Notes: generated by a model not told the origin, from the letters alone. DNA of 64,000 bases from Myxococcota bacterium (GCA_036149055.1 JAYZQJ010000279.1:32638-96637); one strand, 5' to 3'; shown: positions 1-10,416, numbered from the stretch's first letter. Made by a program: numbers and translations.

Positions 1-2
1 CG

Positions 3-422
3 CCGCCGTGGGTCGACCCGGAGCGCGAGGCGCCCGAGGTCGAGGCGCCGGAGCGGCTCGCCCGCCACGCGGATCGCTCCGGGCTGCCCGCCCGCTCGCT
101 GCTGCATCTCCTGCGGCAGCGCATCGTCCCGGTGGCGCGGGGCTGCTTCCGCGACGACCGCCGAGGTCGCGCCGCCTACTCGACGCGCGCCGTCTACAGC
201 TTCCGCCTCGCCGACCGCGAGGTGATCGACGCCTCCGTGGAGGGGCGGCTCAGCGCGGAGCTGCGCGCGTGCCTCGAGCGCGCGATCGACGGCCTCGAGG
301 TGCCGCCGTTCGAGGGCTCGGTGCAGGTCCGCTACCCGCTCTACACGCGCGCGGTGGAGCGCCCCCCCACGCTCTCGCTCGACGCCGACGTCGCGGACGC
401 GGTCGACGCCCTCGAGGAGTAA
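3..422 (+). CDS. 3' part of a hypothetical protein (runs in from the window edge)
   Basis: The frame of ORF 132..422 is open back to base 3, has high GC3 and ends in TAA at 420-422. Confidence 0.6.
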   Translation, partial: PPWVDPEREAPEVEAPERLARHADRSGLPARSLLHLLRQRIVPVARGCFRDDRRGRAAYSTRAVYSFRLADREVIDASVEGRLSAELRACLERAIDGLEVPPFEGSVQVRYPLYTRAVERPPTLSLDADVADAVDALEE

Positions 423-495
423 CCTCGGCCGGCTCTGGCGACCGCTCGCGGGGATCCGGGTGCCGGTGAGGCCGGCGCTGCTACCGTAGGGCTGC

Positions 496-1749
496 GTGGA
501 GAGCTTCGACGCCGCGACCTTGCTCATCGAGCTGGCCGAGAAGATGGGCCTGCTGGCGGCGGCCGCGCTCGTCGCCGTGCTCTTCCCGCCGCTCCGGAAC
601 CGCCTCCTCGGCGTGGGGCGTCGGCGGGACAAGCTGGCCGCGGTCGTCCTCGGGCTCGGGCTGGCCGCCTGGGGCGCGATGCTCGGCTTCCACGTCGGCG
701 GCGAGCACATCAACGTCCGCGCGATCGGCGTGCTCATCGCCGCCATCCTCGGCGGGTGGAAGGCGGGCGCGCTGGCCGGGCTCGGCGGCGGCCTGTTCTA
801 CTCCGCGCTCGTCGACGCCGAGACCGCGCCCTGGGTCCTCGCGGCCAGCGTGACGGACGGAGTGCTCGCCGGCGTCGTCGCCCAGCGCCGCCCGCGCTGG
901 TTCTCGGGCTGGCGGGTCTTCGTGTCGTCGATCGGCATCCAGGCCATCCACCTGGTCGTGGTCGGCGTGGGGCTGCTCGCGGTGGGGCACGCGGCGCGGT
1001 ACCTGCCCGCGTGGCCCGCCCACCTCGTGAAGCTGGTGGTGGTCGCGTCGGGGGTGACCCTCTTCGTCACCGTGGCGCGGCTCGTGGTGAGCCGGGAGGA
1101 GCAGGCGATCGCGCTCGTCGAGGCGCGCGCCGCCGCCGACACCGCCGCCCTGGAGTCGCTCCGGCGGCGGCTCGAGCCGCACTTCCTGTTCAACGCGCTC
1201 AACGTGGTGCGCGCGACCATCCGCCGCGACCCGGCCCGCGCCCGCGAGCTCGTGAGCGACCTCGCCGACCTCTATCGGTACCTGCTGTCTCACCCGGACG
1301 AGGCGCCGCTCGCGGCCGAGGTCGATCACGCGCAGGCCTACCTCGCGATCGAGCGCGCGCGGCTGGGCGACGAGCGGCTGGAGGTGACCGTGGCCCTGCC
1401 GGACGCGCTCGGCGCGGTGCGGGTGCCGCCGCTGCTGCTGCAGCCGCTGGTGGAGAACGCGGTCAAGCACGGCGTCGGGCGCCGCGACGGGCCCGGCACC
1501 GTGGCGCTCCGCGCCCGCCTCGAGGAGGACATCCTGGTGATCGAGGTGGAGGACACGGCGAGCGGCAAGAAGCTGCCGCCGATGGAGCGCGGCAGCGGCA
1601 TCGCGCTGGAGACGCTGCGGCGACGCCTCGCCAAGCGCTACGGCGAGCGCGCCAGCCTCGGCCTGAGCCCGACCGGTCAGGGCATGAAGGCGGTGGTCCG
1701 CCTGCCGGTCGAGGAGAGCGAGCTGCTCGAGGGGAGGGAGGCGGCGTGA
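496..1749 (+). CDS. LytS/YehU-type membrane sensor histidine kinase
   Basis: N-terminal multi-TM region, LEPHFLFNALN, LLQPLVENAVKHG and GSGIAL motifs. Confidence 0.9.
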   Translation: MESFDAATLLIELAEKMGLLAAAALVAVLFPPLRNRLLGVGRRRDKLAAVVLGLGLAAWGAMLGFHVGGEHINVRAIGVLIAAILGGWKAGALAGLGGGLFYSALVDAETAPWVLAASVTDGVLAGVVAQRRPRWFSGWRVFVSSIGIQAIHLVVVGVGLLAVGHAARYLPAWPAHLVKLVVVASGVTLFVTVARLVVSREEQAIALVEARAAADTAALESLRRRLEPHFLFNALNVVRATIRRDPARARELVSDLADLYRYLLSHPDEAPLAAEVDHAQAYLAIERARLGDERLEVTVALPDALGAVRVPPLLLQPLVENAVKHGVGRRDGPGTVALRARLEEDILVIEVEDTASGKKLPPMERGSGIALETLRRRLAKRYGERASLGLSPTGQGMKAVVRLPVEESELLEGREAA

Positions 1750-2480
1750 GCACGCGGAAGCTGAGAGCGATGGTGGTCGACGACGAGCCCCTCGCGCGCG
1801 ACGAGCTCGTGTTCCTGCTCGAGCAGCTCGACGTGAAGGTGGTCGGCGAGGCCGGCGACGCGCCCGCGGCCCTCGCCGCGCTGGAGGCGAGCAAGCCTCA
1901 CGTGGTCTTCGTCGACCTGCGCATGCCCGGGCCCGACGGCCTCGCGCTCGCCGAGACGCTGATGAAGCGCTCGGACAGCCTCTCGGTGGTCGTGGTCAGC
2001 GCCCACGACGACGGCGCCATCCGCGCGTACGAGGCGGGGGTGGTGGACTACCTGCTCAAGCCGGTGCGGCTCGAGCGACTGGCCAAGGCGGTCGAGCGCG
2101 CCCGGGAGCGCATGCCGGCGGCCCGGAACCCCGACGCCACCCTCACCCGGCTCGCGATCAAGCGCCGCGGCAAGCTGGTGGTCGTGCAGATCGAGGACGT
2201 CGTCTACTTCGAGGTGAAGGACGAGCTCGTGTGGGCGGTGACCGACGAAGATCGCTACGCGCTCGACCTGACCCTCTCGGCGATCGAGGAGCGCGTCCCG
2301 CCAGGCGAGTTCTTCCGCAGCCACCGCGGCACCCTGGTCCGCCTCGATCGCATCGCCGGGTTCGAGCCGGCCGGCGCCGGGACCTACGCGATCCACCTCC
2401 AGCACCCCGATCGCCCGACCGTGCCCCTCGCCCGCGAGCGCGCCCGGCTGCTGAAGGAGCTGATCCCCATCGCCGGGTGA
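1746..2480 (+). CDS. LytTR-family response regulator
   Basis: GTG overlaps the kinase stop (GTGA). REC domain (VVDDEP, FVDLRMP, DYLLKP) plus LytTR (FFRSHRG). Confidence 0.9.
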   Translation: MSTRKLRAMVVDDEPLARDELVFLLEQLDVKVVGEAGDAPAALAALEASKPHVVFVDLRMPGPDGLALAETLMKRSDSLSVVVVSAHDDGAIRAYEAGVVDYLLKPVRLERLAKAVERARERMPAARNPDATLTRLAIKRRGKLVVVQIEDVVYFEVKDELVWAVTDEDRYALDLTLSAIEERVPPGEFFRSHRGTLVRLDRIAGFEPAGAGTYAIHLQHPDRPTVPLARERARLLKELIPIAG

Positions 2481-2518
2481 CGCCTGCCGCGCGACCACGG
2501 CGACCCTAGGGCTGACGG

Positions 2519-4906
2519 GTGACCGATCTCGCCGACGTCTATCCGCGCCTGCCCGAGCCGCTCGCCGCGCGCACCCGGCGCCTGGGGCCGCGGCCCGAGG
2601 GGAAGCCCGCGTTCGTGGTCTACTGGATGCGGACCGCGGTGCGGGCGCACGAGAACCCGGCGCTCGACGTGGCCCTCTGGCTCGGCGCCCAGCTCGGGGT
2701 GGGCGTGTTCGTGCACCACGGCCTGAGCGAGCGCTATCCGTACGCGTCGGACCGCCACCACACGTTCATCCTCCAGGGCGCGCGCGACGTGCGCGAGCAG
2801 CTCCGCGCGCGGGGCGTGGGCTACGCGTTCCATCTCGAGCGCGAGGGTCACCGCGGCCCGGTGCTGGTGGAGCTGGCGCGGGCGGCCGGCGTGGTCGTGA
2901 CCGAGGACATGCCGGTGCCGCCGCTCACCGGGTGGACGGGCGCGCTGGCGCGGCGGGCCGAGGTGCCGGTGCTGTTGGTGGACACCGCGTGCGTCGCGCC
3001 GATGAAGGCGACGCGCTCGGCGCCGAAGCGCGCGTTCGCGTTCCGGAAGGCGACGCAGCCGCTCTGGGACGCGGCGCTGCGGGCGCCCTGGCGCGAGCAG
3101 CCGGATCCGCCGCGCCCGTTCGTGCCCGACCTCCCGTACGCGCCCACCGATCTCGACGCGCCGCTCCCCCGGCTGGTGGCCGAGTGCGACGTCGATCACC
3201 TCGTGGGCCCGGTGCCGGACACGCCCGGCGGGACGACGGCGGGCTACGCGCGCTGGGACGCGTTCCGCGAGCGCGGGCTGAGGCGCTACGCGAAGGACCG
3301 GAACGACCCCAACCGAGCCGGCGTGAGCCGCATGAGCGCCTACCTCCACTACGGCATGGTCTCGCCGCTCCGGCTCGCTCGGGAGGCGCACGCCGCCGGC
3401 GCCGACAAGTACCTCGACGAGCTGCTGACCTGGCGCGAGCTCGCCCACTGCTGGTGCTTTCACCAGGACGATCCCGGCGCGCTCGAGACGCTGCCCGGCT
3501 GGGCGCAGGAGACCCTCGCCGAGCACGCGGGCGACGCGCGCGAGCCGCGCTCCTGGGAGACGCTCGCCCGGGCCCGGAGCGGCGTGCCCCTGTGGGACGC
3601 GGCGCAGCGCTCGCTGCTCGTGCACGGTGAGCTGCACAACAACGTGCGCATGACCTGGGGCAAGGCGATCCCCGGCTGGACCGAGAGCCCCGCGCGCGCC
3701 CTCGAGACGTTGATCGACCTGAACCACCGCTACGCGCTCGACGGCCGGGATCCGGCCTCGTACGGCGGGCTGCTCTGGTGCCTGGGGCTCTTCGATCGGC
3801 CCTTCGAGGAGACGCCGATCCTCGGCAAGGTGCGCGGGCGCTCGATCGCGCACCACGCCAGCCGCCTCGACGTGGCCCGCTACGCGACCGAGATGTCGCG
3901 GCCGTTCGCGGCCGACCCGCCGCGGGTGGCGGTGATCGGGGCGGGGATCGCCGGGCTCGTCTGCGCGCGGGCGCTCGCGGATCACGGGCTGAAGGTCACC
4001 GTGTTCGAGAAGGCGCGGGGTCCCGGCGGGCGCACCTCGACGCGGCGGCGAGACGCGGCGCGCTTCGATCACGGCGCGCAGTACTTCACCGCGCGTGATC
4101 CGGTCTTCGCGCGCTACGTCGAGAGCTGGGCGCGCGACGGCGTGGTCGCGCCCTGGGACGCGCGCTTCGTCACCCTGAAGGGCGGCGACGTCATCCCCGA
4201 CGAGCGCGAGGCGCCGCGCTGGGTGGCCACGCCGAAGATGAGCGCCCTCGCCGCCCACCTCGCGTCCGATCTCCAGGTCCGCTACGAGACCCGGGTGACG
4301 GCGATCCATCGCGACGGCTCGCTCGAATCGGACGGCGGTGAGCTCGGCCGCTTCGACCAGGTCCTCGTCTCCGCGCCCGCGCCGCAGGCCGCCGCGCTCC
4401 TCGCGGACACGCCGCTCGCGGCCCGGCTCGAGCGCATCCGCCTCGCCCCCTGCTGGGCGGTCATGCTGCGCCTCGCGGAGCCGCTCGATCCGGGCTGGGA
4501 CGCGGCCCGCGTGGAGGGCGCGTCGCTGTCCTGGATCGCGCGGGACGCGAGCAAGCCGGGGCGCGGTGGCGCCGAGACCTGGGTGGCGCACGGCAGCCCC
4601 GAGCACGCGGCGGCGCACCTCGAGGGCGCGCCGGAGGCCATCGCGCGCCAGCTGGAGGACGAGTTTCGATCCCTCACCGGCGCGCCCCCGGCGCTGGAGG
4701 CCATCGCGCACCGCTGGCGCTACGCGCGGGTCATCGAGGCGCTCGGAGAGCCCTGCCTCCATGACGCGGAGCTCGGCCGGGGGGCGTGCGGCGACGGCTT
4801 CCTCGGCGCGAAGATCGAGGCCGCGTTCCGGAGCGGCGCGGCGCTCGCCGGGCGCGTGCTGGGCGAGATCGGAAAACGAAGCGACGCGGAGCGACCCAGC
4901 GCGTGA
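2519..4906 (+). CDS. Class II CPD photolyase-like domain fused to a renalase-like FAD-dependent oxidoreductase
   Basis: VVYWM, SRMSAYLHYG, HNNVRMTWGK, LNHRYALDGRDP; then VAVIGAGIAG, FEKARGPGGRTSTRR, FDHGAQYFT, HRWRYA, CGD. Confidence 0.85.
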   Translation: MTDLADVYPRLPEPLAARTRRLGPRPEGKPAFVVYWMRTAVRAHENPALDVALWLGAQLGVGVFVHHGLSERYPYASDRHHTFILQGARDVREQLRARGVGYAFHLEREGHRGPVLVELARAAGVVVTEDMPVPPLTGWTGALARRAEVPVLLVDTACVAPMKATRSAPKRAFAFRKATQPLWDAALRAPWREQPDPPRPFVPDLPYAPTDLDAPLPRLVAECDVDHLVGPVPDTPGGTTAGYARWDAFRERGLRRYAKDRNDPNRAGVSRMSAYLHYGMVSPLRLAREAHAAGADKYLDELLTWRELAHCWCFHQDDPGALETLPGWAQETLAEHAGDAREPRSWETLARARSGVPLWDAAQRSLLVHGELHNNVRMTWGKAIPGWTESPARALETLIDLNHRYALDGRDPASYGGLLWCLGLFDRPFEETPILGKVRGRSIAHHASRLDVARYATEMSRPFAADPPRVAVIGAGIAGLVCARALADHGLKVTVFEKARGPGGRTSTRRRDAARFDHGAQYFTARDPVFARYVESWARDGVVAPWDARFVTLKGGDVIPDEREAPRWVATPKMSALAAHLASDLQVRYETRVTAIHRDGSLESDGGELGRFDQVLVSAPAPQAAALLADTPLAARLERIRLAPCWAVMLRLAEPLDPGWDAARVEGASLSWIARDASKPGRGGAETWVAHGSPEHAAAHLEGAPEAIARQLEDEFRSLTGAPPALEAIAHRWRYARVIEALGEPCLHDAELGRGACGDGFLGAKIEAAFRSGAALAGRVLGEIGKRSDAERPSA

Positions 4907-5967
4907 CCCGCTGGCTGATCCCCATCTCCGCCCTGCTCGCCCTGACCGGCTGCTACGCGTCGCACGGCGTGCTCGAGGACTTCGAGTGCCCGGAGGGCGA
5001 GCCCGACGCGCCGGAGGACGTGCCCCCCGTCGACCTGCTCTTCGTGGTCGACGACTCGGAGTCCATGGAGGAGGAGCAGGAGGCGCTGCGGCTCGCCTTC
5101 GACGACCTCCTCCGCTGGCTCGTCACCGGCGACGTGGGCGACGACGGGATCGCGGACTTCCCGGCCATCGCGGATCTCCACGTCGGCGTGGTCACCACCG
5201 ATCTGGGCGTGCCCATCGGGAGCAGCTGCGGACGAGGCGCGCCCGGCGGGGCCCTCCGCGGGACGGAGTGCGGCGGCCCTCCCGCCTACGTGGCCGTCGA
5301 CCCGATGTCGCCGGACGCCTCGGTCGAGCGCTTCGCCTGCGCCGCCTCCGTCGGCACCTCGGGGTGCGCGGTCGAGCAGCCGCTCGAGGCGGCGCTCCTG
5401 GCGACGAACGACGAGGTCGACGGGGCGGCGATGCCGGAGCTGGTCGGCCAGGCGGGGCGCACCAACCGCGGGTTCCTGAGGCCGGGCTCGGTGCGCATCG
5501 TGGTGATCGTCACCGACGAGGACGACGCGTCGATCGCCGATCCCGTGTTCTATCGGGAGACCATCCCCGGCGGTCCGGCGGCGCGGGCCCGGGCCGAGGC
5601 GGCCGCCGCTCACCCGATCGCGAGGTACGTGGAGGCCTTCACGCGCATGGGCGCGGAGGGCGGCGGGTTCGGCCTGGAGATCGTGGCCGGCGTCCCGCCC
5701 GAGCTCGTGGGGAGCGCCCCCACCGCCATCCTCTCGCACCCGCGCATGCAGCGCCGCTACGCGCCGACCAGCCTCACCGGGATCGAGAGCAGCTGCCGCA
5801 GCGACCGCGGCGTCGCCTACCCGCCCCGGCGCCTGGTCGAGGCCGCCGGCGAGCTCGGAGAGCGCGCGTCGATCCACTCGCTCTGCGAGGCGGACTTCGG
5901 CGCGGTCGCGGTGGGCATCGCCGACCACGTCGGCGCGATCGTGCGCCGCGCGACCTGCGAGCGTTGA
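4903..5967 (+). CDS. Lipoprotein with myxobacterial vWA-like domain
   Basis: GTGA overlap, lipobox LTGC, DLLFVVDDSESM, VGVVTTD, IVTDEDD. Confidence 0.75.
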   Translation: MTRWLIPISALLALTGCYASHGVLEDFECPEGEPDAPEDVPPVDLLFVVDDSESMEEEQEALRLAFDDLLRWLVTGDVGDDGIADFPAIADLHVGVVTTDLGVPIGSSCGRGAPGGALRGTECGGPPAYVAVDPMSPDASVERFACAASVGTSGCAVEQPLEAALLATNDEVDGAAMPELVGQAGRTNRGFLRPGSVRIVVIVTDEDDASIADPVFYRETIPGGPAARARAEAAAAHPIARYVEAFTRMGAEGGGFGLEIVAGVPPELVGSAPTAILSHPRMQRRYAPTSLTGIESSCRSDRGVAYPPRRLVEAAGELGERASIHSLCEADFGAVAVGIADHVGAIVRRATCER

Positions 5968-5973
5968 AACGGA

Positions 5974-6006
5974 GAAGGGCCGACGCGCTCTCCGCGTCGG
6001 CCCTTC
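5974..6006. terminator. Hairpin between convergent genes (probable bidirectional terminator)
   Basis: Perfect 14-bp stem GAAGGGCCGACGCG / CGCGTCGGCCCTTC with a 5-nt loop. Confidence 0.75.
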
Positions 6007-6044
6007 GTCTCGCCGGTGGCGAGCTCCGGTCTAGCCCGGGCTGC

Positions 6045-7010
6045 TCACTCGCCGCAGCTCGGTCCGTCGGAGCGGAGCGGGCTGACGTTGAGGATGCTGA
6101 TGGTGTCCTCGCCGACCACGATGCTCTCGCAGCCGATGAGCTCCTGCGAGCCGCCCTCGGAGACGGTGCCGTACACACCGATCTGGACGGTGTTGTTGGT
6201 GGGCAGCGGCACGTTGCCGACGCCGTAGAGGCCGCTCTGCGAGCTCTCGGTGGCGCGGGCGTCCGGCAGCGAGCCGGCGTCGTTGAAGTAGAAGGCCTTG
6301 GTGTCGGTGTTGAACGGGATCTGGCCGCTGTCGTCGAAGAGGCGGATCTGCGCGTTCACGAGCGGGCGACCCTGGCAGTCGACGGCGGTGCCGGTGACGG
6401 CGCCGTTCATCGGGTCCTGCGAGATGCCGGCGATGCCGAGGAAGCCGCCGACGAGGCTCTCGGCGACCGCGATGAGGCCGGCCATGCCGCCGTCCTCGGG
6501 GGTCGGCTCGTTCATCTGGATGACGTTGACGAAGTCGGCGTCGGTGCCGGTGGTGGTGGTGCCCATGCCCGCGACGACGCGGTAGCCGAACCACGCGTCC
6601 GCCGAGCCCATGAGCTCGGCCATGCCCGCGGCGTCGGTGGTCACCGAGACGCAGGGGGCGTCACAGGCCACGTCGGCGCTCGGCGCGTTGTTCGGGAAGT
6701 AGTGGATCTCGAGCCCGCCCACGAGCCCCTCCCCGCCGAAGTTGGCGAGGGCGGCGTTGAAGGTGGAGGCGCCGCTGCCGGTCGGCGCGGTCGCCGTCCC
6801 GCGGCAGGAGAGGTCGGCCTCGACCTCGTCGGTGCCGTCGAAGGCCATGACCACCGGGGTGCTCGGACCCGGGCCGCTGTCTTCCATCGTCATGCTGCCG
6901 TCGTCACCGCCGATGCCGGAGTCCTCCGGGTCGGTGCCGCCGTCGTCGCACGCCGTCAGCCCCAGCCCGAGGGCGAGGGCGCATCCCAAGATCAACCAAG
7001 TGCGCTTCAT
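6045..7010 (-). CDS. Hypothetical acidic lipoprotein
   Basis: Signal MKRTWLILG...LTAC, high GC3. Confidence 0.75.
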   Translation of the reverse strand: MKRTWLILGCALALGLGLTACDDGGTDPEDSGIGGDDGSMTMEDSGPGPSTPVVMAFDGTDEVEADLSCRGTATAPTGSGASTFNAALANFGGEGLVGGLEIHYFPNNAPSADVACDAPCVSVTTDAAGMAELMGSADAWFGYRVVAGMGTTTTGTDADFVNVIQMNEPTPEDGGMAGLIAVAESLVGGFLGIAGISQDPMNGAVTGTAVDCQGRPLVNAQIRLFDDSGQIPFNTDTKAFYFNDAGSLPDARATESSQSGLYGVGNVPLPTNNTVQIGVYGTVSEGGSQELIGCESIVVGEDTISILNVSPLRSDGPSCGE

Positions 7011-7156
7011 ACCAATGGCTCCATCCTGCCCGCACCTGCGGGCCGTTGGCTTCCCCCACGGGAGGATGGACCACCATCCCCCCGACTTGCCTCGTGCGTT
7101 CTGCTACTCCCGTGCCCCCCGACCGTCAAGCGAACGACAAAGAGGCGATCCCGCGC

Positions 7157-7184
7157 TTGACGCCCGAGGTGGCCCTGACATACT
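7157..7184 (+). promoter_or_regulatory. Sigma70-type promoter for rpsO-pnp
   Basis: TTGACG-N16-CATACT with an extended -10 TG, about 140 bp upstream of rpsO. Confidence 0.55.
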
Positions 7185-7324
7185 GCGCCGACTCAGCGCC
7201 AGCTGTCATTCAGGCCCTGCGGAATCATTGGGGAAAGTCCCCGGATCAGTGAGGCGCTCCGGCATCCAGGAGCGCGCTCGGAGCAGCGGTCACACCCTTC
7301 GGATGCGATGGACAGGCATTTTCC

Positions 7325-7594
7325 ATGGCGATGACCCAGGATCGTAAGTCGGAGCTCATCGAGCAGTTCCGCACCCACGACGGCGACACCGGCTCCCCCG
7401 AGGTCCAGATCGCGCTCCTCACCGAGCGGATCGGCTACCTCACGGAGCACTTCCAGACCCACAAGAAGGACCACCACTCGCGCCGTGGTCTTCTGCAGCT
7501 GGTCAGCCAGCGCCGCCGTCTCCTCGACTACCTGCGGCGCAAGGACGTCGAGCGCTACCGCAAGGTGATCACCGCGCTCGGTATCCGGAAGTGA
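7325..7594 (+). CDS. rpsO: 30S ribosomal protein S15
   Basis: [25 protein letters not shown]; 89 aa. Confidence 0.98.
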   Translation: MAMTQDRKSELIEQFRTHDGDTGSPEVQIALLTERIGYLTEHFQTHKKDHHSRRGLLQLVSQRRRLLDYLRRKDVERYRKVITALGIRK

Positions 7595-7632
7595 GCCCGA
7601 GCATGCTCGCTCACCCCTGAATCTTCCCACGA

Positions 7633-7670
7633 GAGGCCGTCGCCGTCAGGCGTCGGCCTTTCGTGTTTCT
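7633..7670 (+). terminator. Intrinsic terminator after rpsO
   Basis: AGGCCGTCGCC-GTCA-GGCGTCGGCCT stem (one mismatch) followed by a T-rich tract. Confidence 0.7.
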
Positions 7671-7855
7671 TGGACCGAAACTGACAATCTGAATCGCCGA
7701 AAGCCGTCCGCGCGGCATCATCGGGTTTCGTTCGGACTTCGATTCGAGCCGCGAGAGCGCCCCTCTCGCCGTTGGAACCGAGGACCGAGCCCAGCCCCAG
7801 CGCCGGCGGACGCCAGGCAATGTGCCCCCTCGCGGGGGACGAGGAGCTGAAGCTC

Positions 7856-10333
7856 ATGATCATTCGTGAAGACGTCAAAGTGGGTGACAAGACGGTCACC
7901 CTCGAGACGGGTCGGATCGCCAAGCAGGCGGCCGGCTCCGTGCTCGTGACCTGTGGCGAGAGCGTGGTGCTGGTCACCGTCTGCGGCGCGGACGGACGCC
8001 CCGGCATCGACTTCCTCCCGCTCAGCGTGGACTACATGGAGAAGACCTACGCCGCGGGCAAGATCCCGGGCGGCTTCTTCAAGCGTGAGGGTCGCCTCCG
8101 CAGCCACGAGATCCTCACCTCGCGGCTCATCGACCGCCCGTGCCGCCCGCTCTTCCCCGACGGGTACCGCAACGAGGTCCAGATCGTCGCGACCGTGCTC
8201 AGCCACGACCAGGAGAACAACACCGACGTGCTGGCGCTCCTCGGGGCGTCGGCCGCGCTGCACATCTCGGAGATCCCGTGGGCCGGCCCCATCGGCGGCC
8301 TCCGCGTCGGCCGCGTGAACGGCGAGTGGGTCGCCAACCCCACCCTCGCCGAGGTCGCCGAGAGCGACTGCGAGCTCATCATCGCCGCGACCAAGGACGC
8401 CATCGTCATGGTCGAGGGCGAGTGTGAGGAGCTCTCCGAGGACGAGCTCGTCGACGCGCTCTGGTTCGGCAAGGACGCCATCCAGCCGGCGATCGGCCTC
8501 ATCGAGGAGATGCGCTCCGCGGTGGGCAAGGAGAAGATCGCGTTCGAGCCGCCGGTCCGTCCGGAGGACATCGACGCCGCGGTCAAGGACTTCGCCCTCG
8601 AGATGGTCAAGGAGGCCTGCAACCTCGCCATCAAGCACGAGCGCTACGGCCGCTTCAAGGAGATCAAGAAGGAGGTCGCCGCGCACTTCGAGGAGAAGTG
8701 GCCGGAGCAGATCGGCGACGTCAAGAAGGCCTTCGAGCAGCTGAAGTACGACACCATGCGCGCGCAGGTGCTCGACGAGAAGCGCCGGGTCGACGGCCGC
8801 GACTTCAAGACGGTCCGCCCGATCTCGATCGAGGTCGGCATCCTCCCCCGCGTGCACGGCTCGACGCTGTTCACCCGCGGTGAGACGCAGTCGATCGTGA
8901 CGACCACCCTCGGCACCGCGGCGGACGAGCAGAAGCTCGACCTGCTGACCGGCTTCGAGTGGAACCGCTTCATGCTGCACTACAACTTCCCGCCCTACTC
9001 GGTCGGTGAGGTGAAGTTCCTGCGTGGGCCCGGTCGCCGCGAGATCGGCCACGGCACCCTCGCGGAGCGCGCGCTCAAGAAGATGGTCCCCTCGAAGGAG
9101 GACTTCCCCTACACGCTCCGCATCGTCTCGGAGATCACCGAGTCGAACGGCTCGTCGTCGATGGCCACCGTCTGCGGCGGCGCGCTCTCGATGATGGACG
9201 CGGGCGTGCCGATCGCGAAGCCGGTCGCGGGCGTCGCGATGGGCCTCATCTCGGACGGCGAGCGCCACGCGGTGCTGACCGACATCCTCGGCGACGAGGA
9301 CCACCTCGGCGACATGGACTTCAAGGTCTGCGGTTCGAAGAACGGCATCACCGCGATCCAGATGGACATCAAGATCTCCGGCTTGAGCAAGGAGATCATG
9401 AGCCAGGCGCTCGAGCAGGCGAAGGAGGCGCGCCTCCACATCCTCGACAAGATGCTCCAGGCCATCCCCGCCCCGCGCGAGGAGCTGAGCAAGTACGCGC
9501 CGCGCATCACCTCGGTGAAGGTCAAGCCCGACCAGATCCGTCTCATCATCGGCCCCGGCGGGAAGATGATCCGCGCGATCACCGAGCAGACCGGCGCGCA
9601 GATCGACGTCGAGGACGACGGCACCGTCAACGTGGCGTCGTCGGACAGCGAGGCGGTCGCCAAGGCGCTCGAGCTCATCCGCGGCCTCACCGAAGAGGCC
9701 GAGATCGGCAAGACCTACAAGGGCGTGGTCAAGCGCGTCGAGCCCTACGGCGCGTTCCTCGAGATCATGCCCGGCACCGACGGCCTCTGTCACATCTCGG
9801 ACTTCGCGTGGGAGCACGTGGAGAAGACCGAGGACATCATGAAGCTCGGTGACACCATCGAGGTCCAGGTCACCGACATCGACGACCAGGGTCGCGTGCG
9901 CCTCAGCCGCAAGGTGCTCCTCGAGAAGCCCGAGGGCTGGGAGGAGCGCGAGCCGGAGCGGCGTGAGAGCCGTGGGCGCGGCGGACGCGGCGGCGGCGGC
10001 GGACGTGACCGGGACCGCGATCGCGGCGGGCGCGGCGGACGCGGCGGCCGGGACCGGGATCGCGGGCGCGGCCGGGATCGCGACCGTGACCGGGATCGCG
10101 ACCGCGACCGGGATCGCGACCGTGATCGGGATCGCGACCGCGGCGAGCGCTCCGAGCGTGGCGAGCGCAGCGAGCGCTCCGAGCGTGGCGAGCGCAGCGA
10201 GCGCTCCGAGCGTGGCGAGCGCTCCGAGCGGAGCGAGGGCGGCGAGGGTGACGGTGAGGGCGGTCGCCGCCGTCGTCGTCGTCGTCGCCGGAGCGACGAG
10301 GGCGGCTCGAACGAGAGCACCGAGTCGCAGTAG
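7856..10333 (+). CDS. pnp: Polyribonucleotide nucleotidyltransferase with long charged C-terminal tail
   Basis: GAGGAG RBS before ATG 7856. [45 protein letters not shown] (IIGPGGK) and S1 domains; follows rpsO. Confidence 0.97.
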   Translation: MIIREDVKVGDKTVTLETGRIAKQAAGSVLVTCGESVVLVTVCGADGRPGIDFLPLSVDYMEKTYAAGKIPGGFFKREGRLRSHEILTSRLIDRPCRPLFPDGYRNEVQIVATVLSHDQENNTDVLALLGASAALHISEIPWAGPIGGLRVGRVNGEWVANPTLAEVAESDCELIIAATKDAIVMVEGECEELSEDELVDALWFGKDAIQPAIGLIEEMRSAVGKEKIAFEPPVRPEDIDAAVKDFALEMVKEACNLAIKHERYGRFKEIKKEVAAHFEEKWPEQIGDVKKAFEQLKYDTMRAQVLDEKRRVDGRDFKTVRPISIEVGILPRVHGSTLFTRGETQSIVTTTLGTAADEQKLDLLTGFEWNRFMLHYNFPPYSVGEVKFLRGPGRREIGHGTLAERALKKMVPSKEDFPYTLRIVSEITESNGSSSMATVCGGALSMMDAGVPIAKPVAGVAMGLISDGERHAVLTDILGDEDHLGDMDFKVCGSKNGITAIQMDIKISGLSKEIMSQALEQAKEARLHILDKMLQAIPAPREELSKYAPRITSVKVKPDQIRLIIGPGGKMIRAITEQTGAQIDVEDDGTVNVASSDSEAVAKALELIRGLTEEAEIGKTYKGVVKRVEPYGAFLEIMPGTDGLCHISDFAWEHVEKTEDIMKLGDTIEVQVTDIDDQGRVRLSRKVLLEKPEGWEEREPERRESRGRGGRGGGGGRDRDRDRGGRGGRGGRDRDRGRGRDRDRDRDRDRDRDRDRDRDRDRGERSERGERSERSERGERSERSERGERSERSEGGEGDGEGGRRRRRRRRRSDEGGSNESTESQ
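9960..10290 (+). repeat. Coding low-complexity repeats (RGG, (RD)n, (GERSER)n, R8) in the pnp tail
   Basis: Visible 6-, 9- and 27-nt repeats such as GACCGGGATCGC and GAGCGCTCCGAGCGTGGC. Confidence 0.9.
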
Positions 10334-10416
10334 CCACGAGGCCATCTCTGGCCCACCTCGCGGGCGCGTTCTCTTCGGAGGGCGCGCCCGCGCGCGTTCC
10401 GTCATACTCGGCGCCC

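Noticed and set aside
7772..7855. N-terminal extension of PNPase
   Set aside because: The RBS and PNPase similarity start at ATG 7856.
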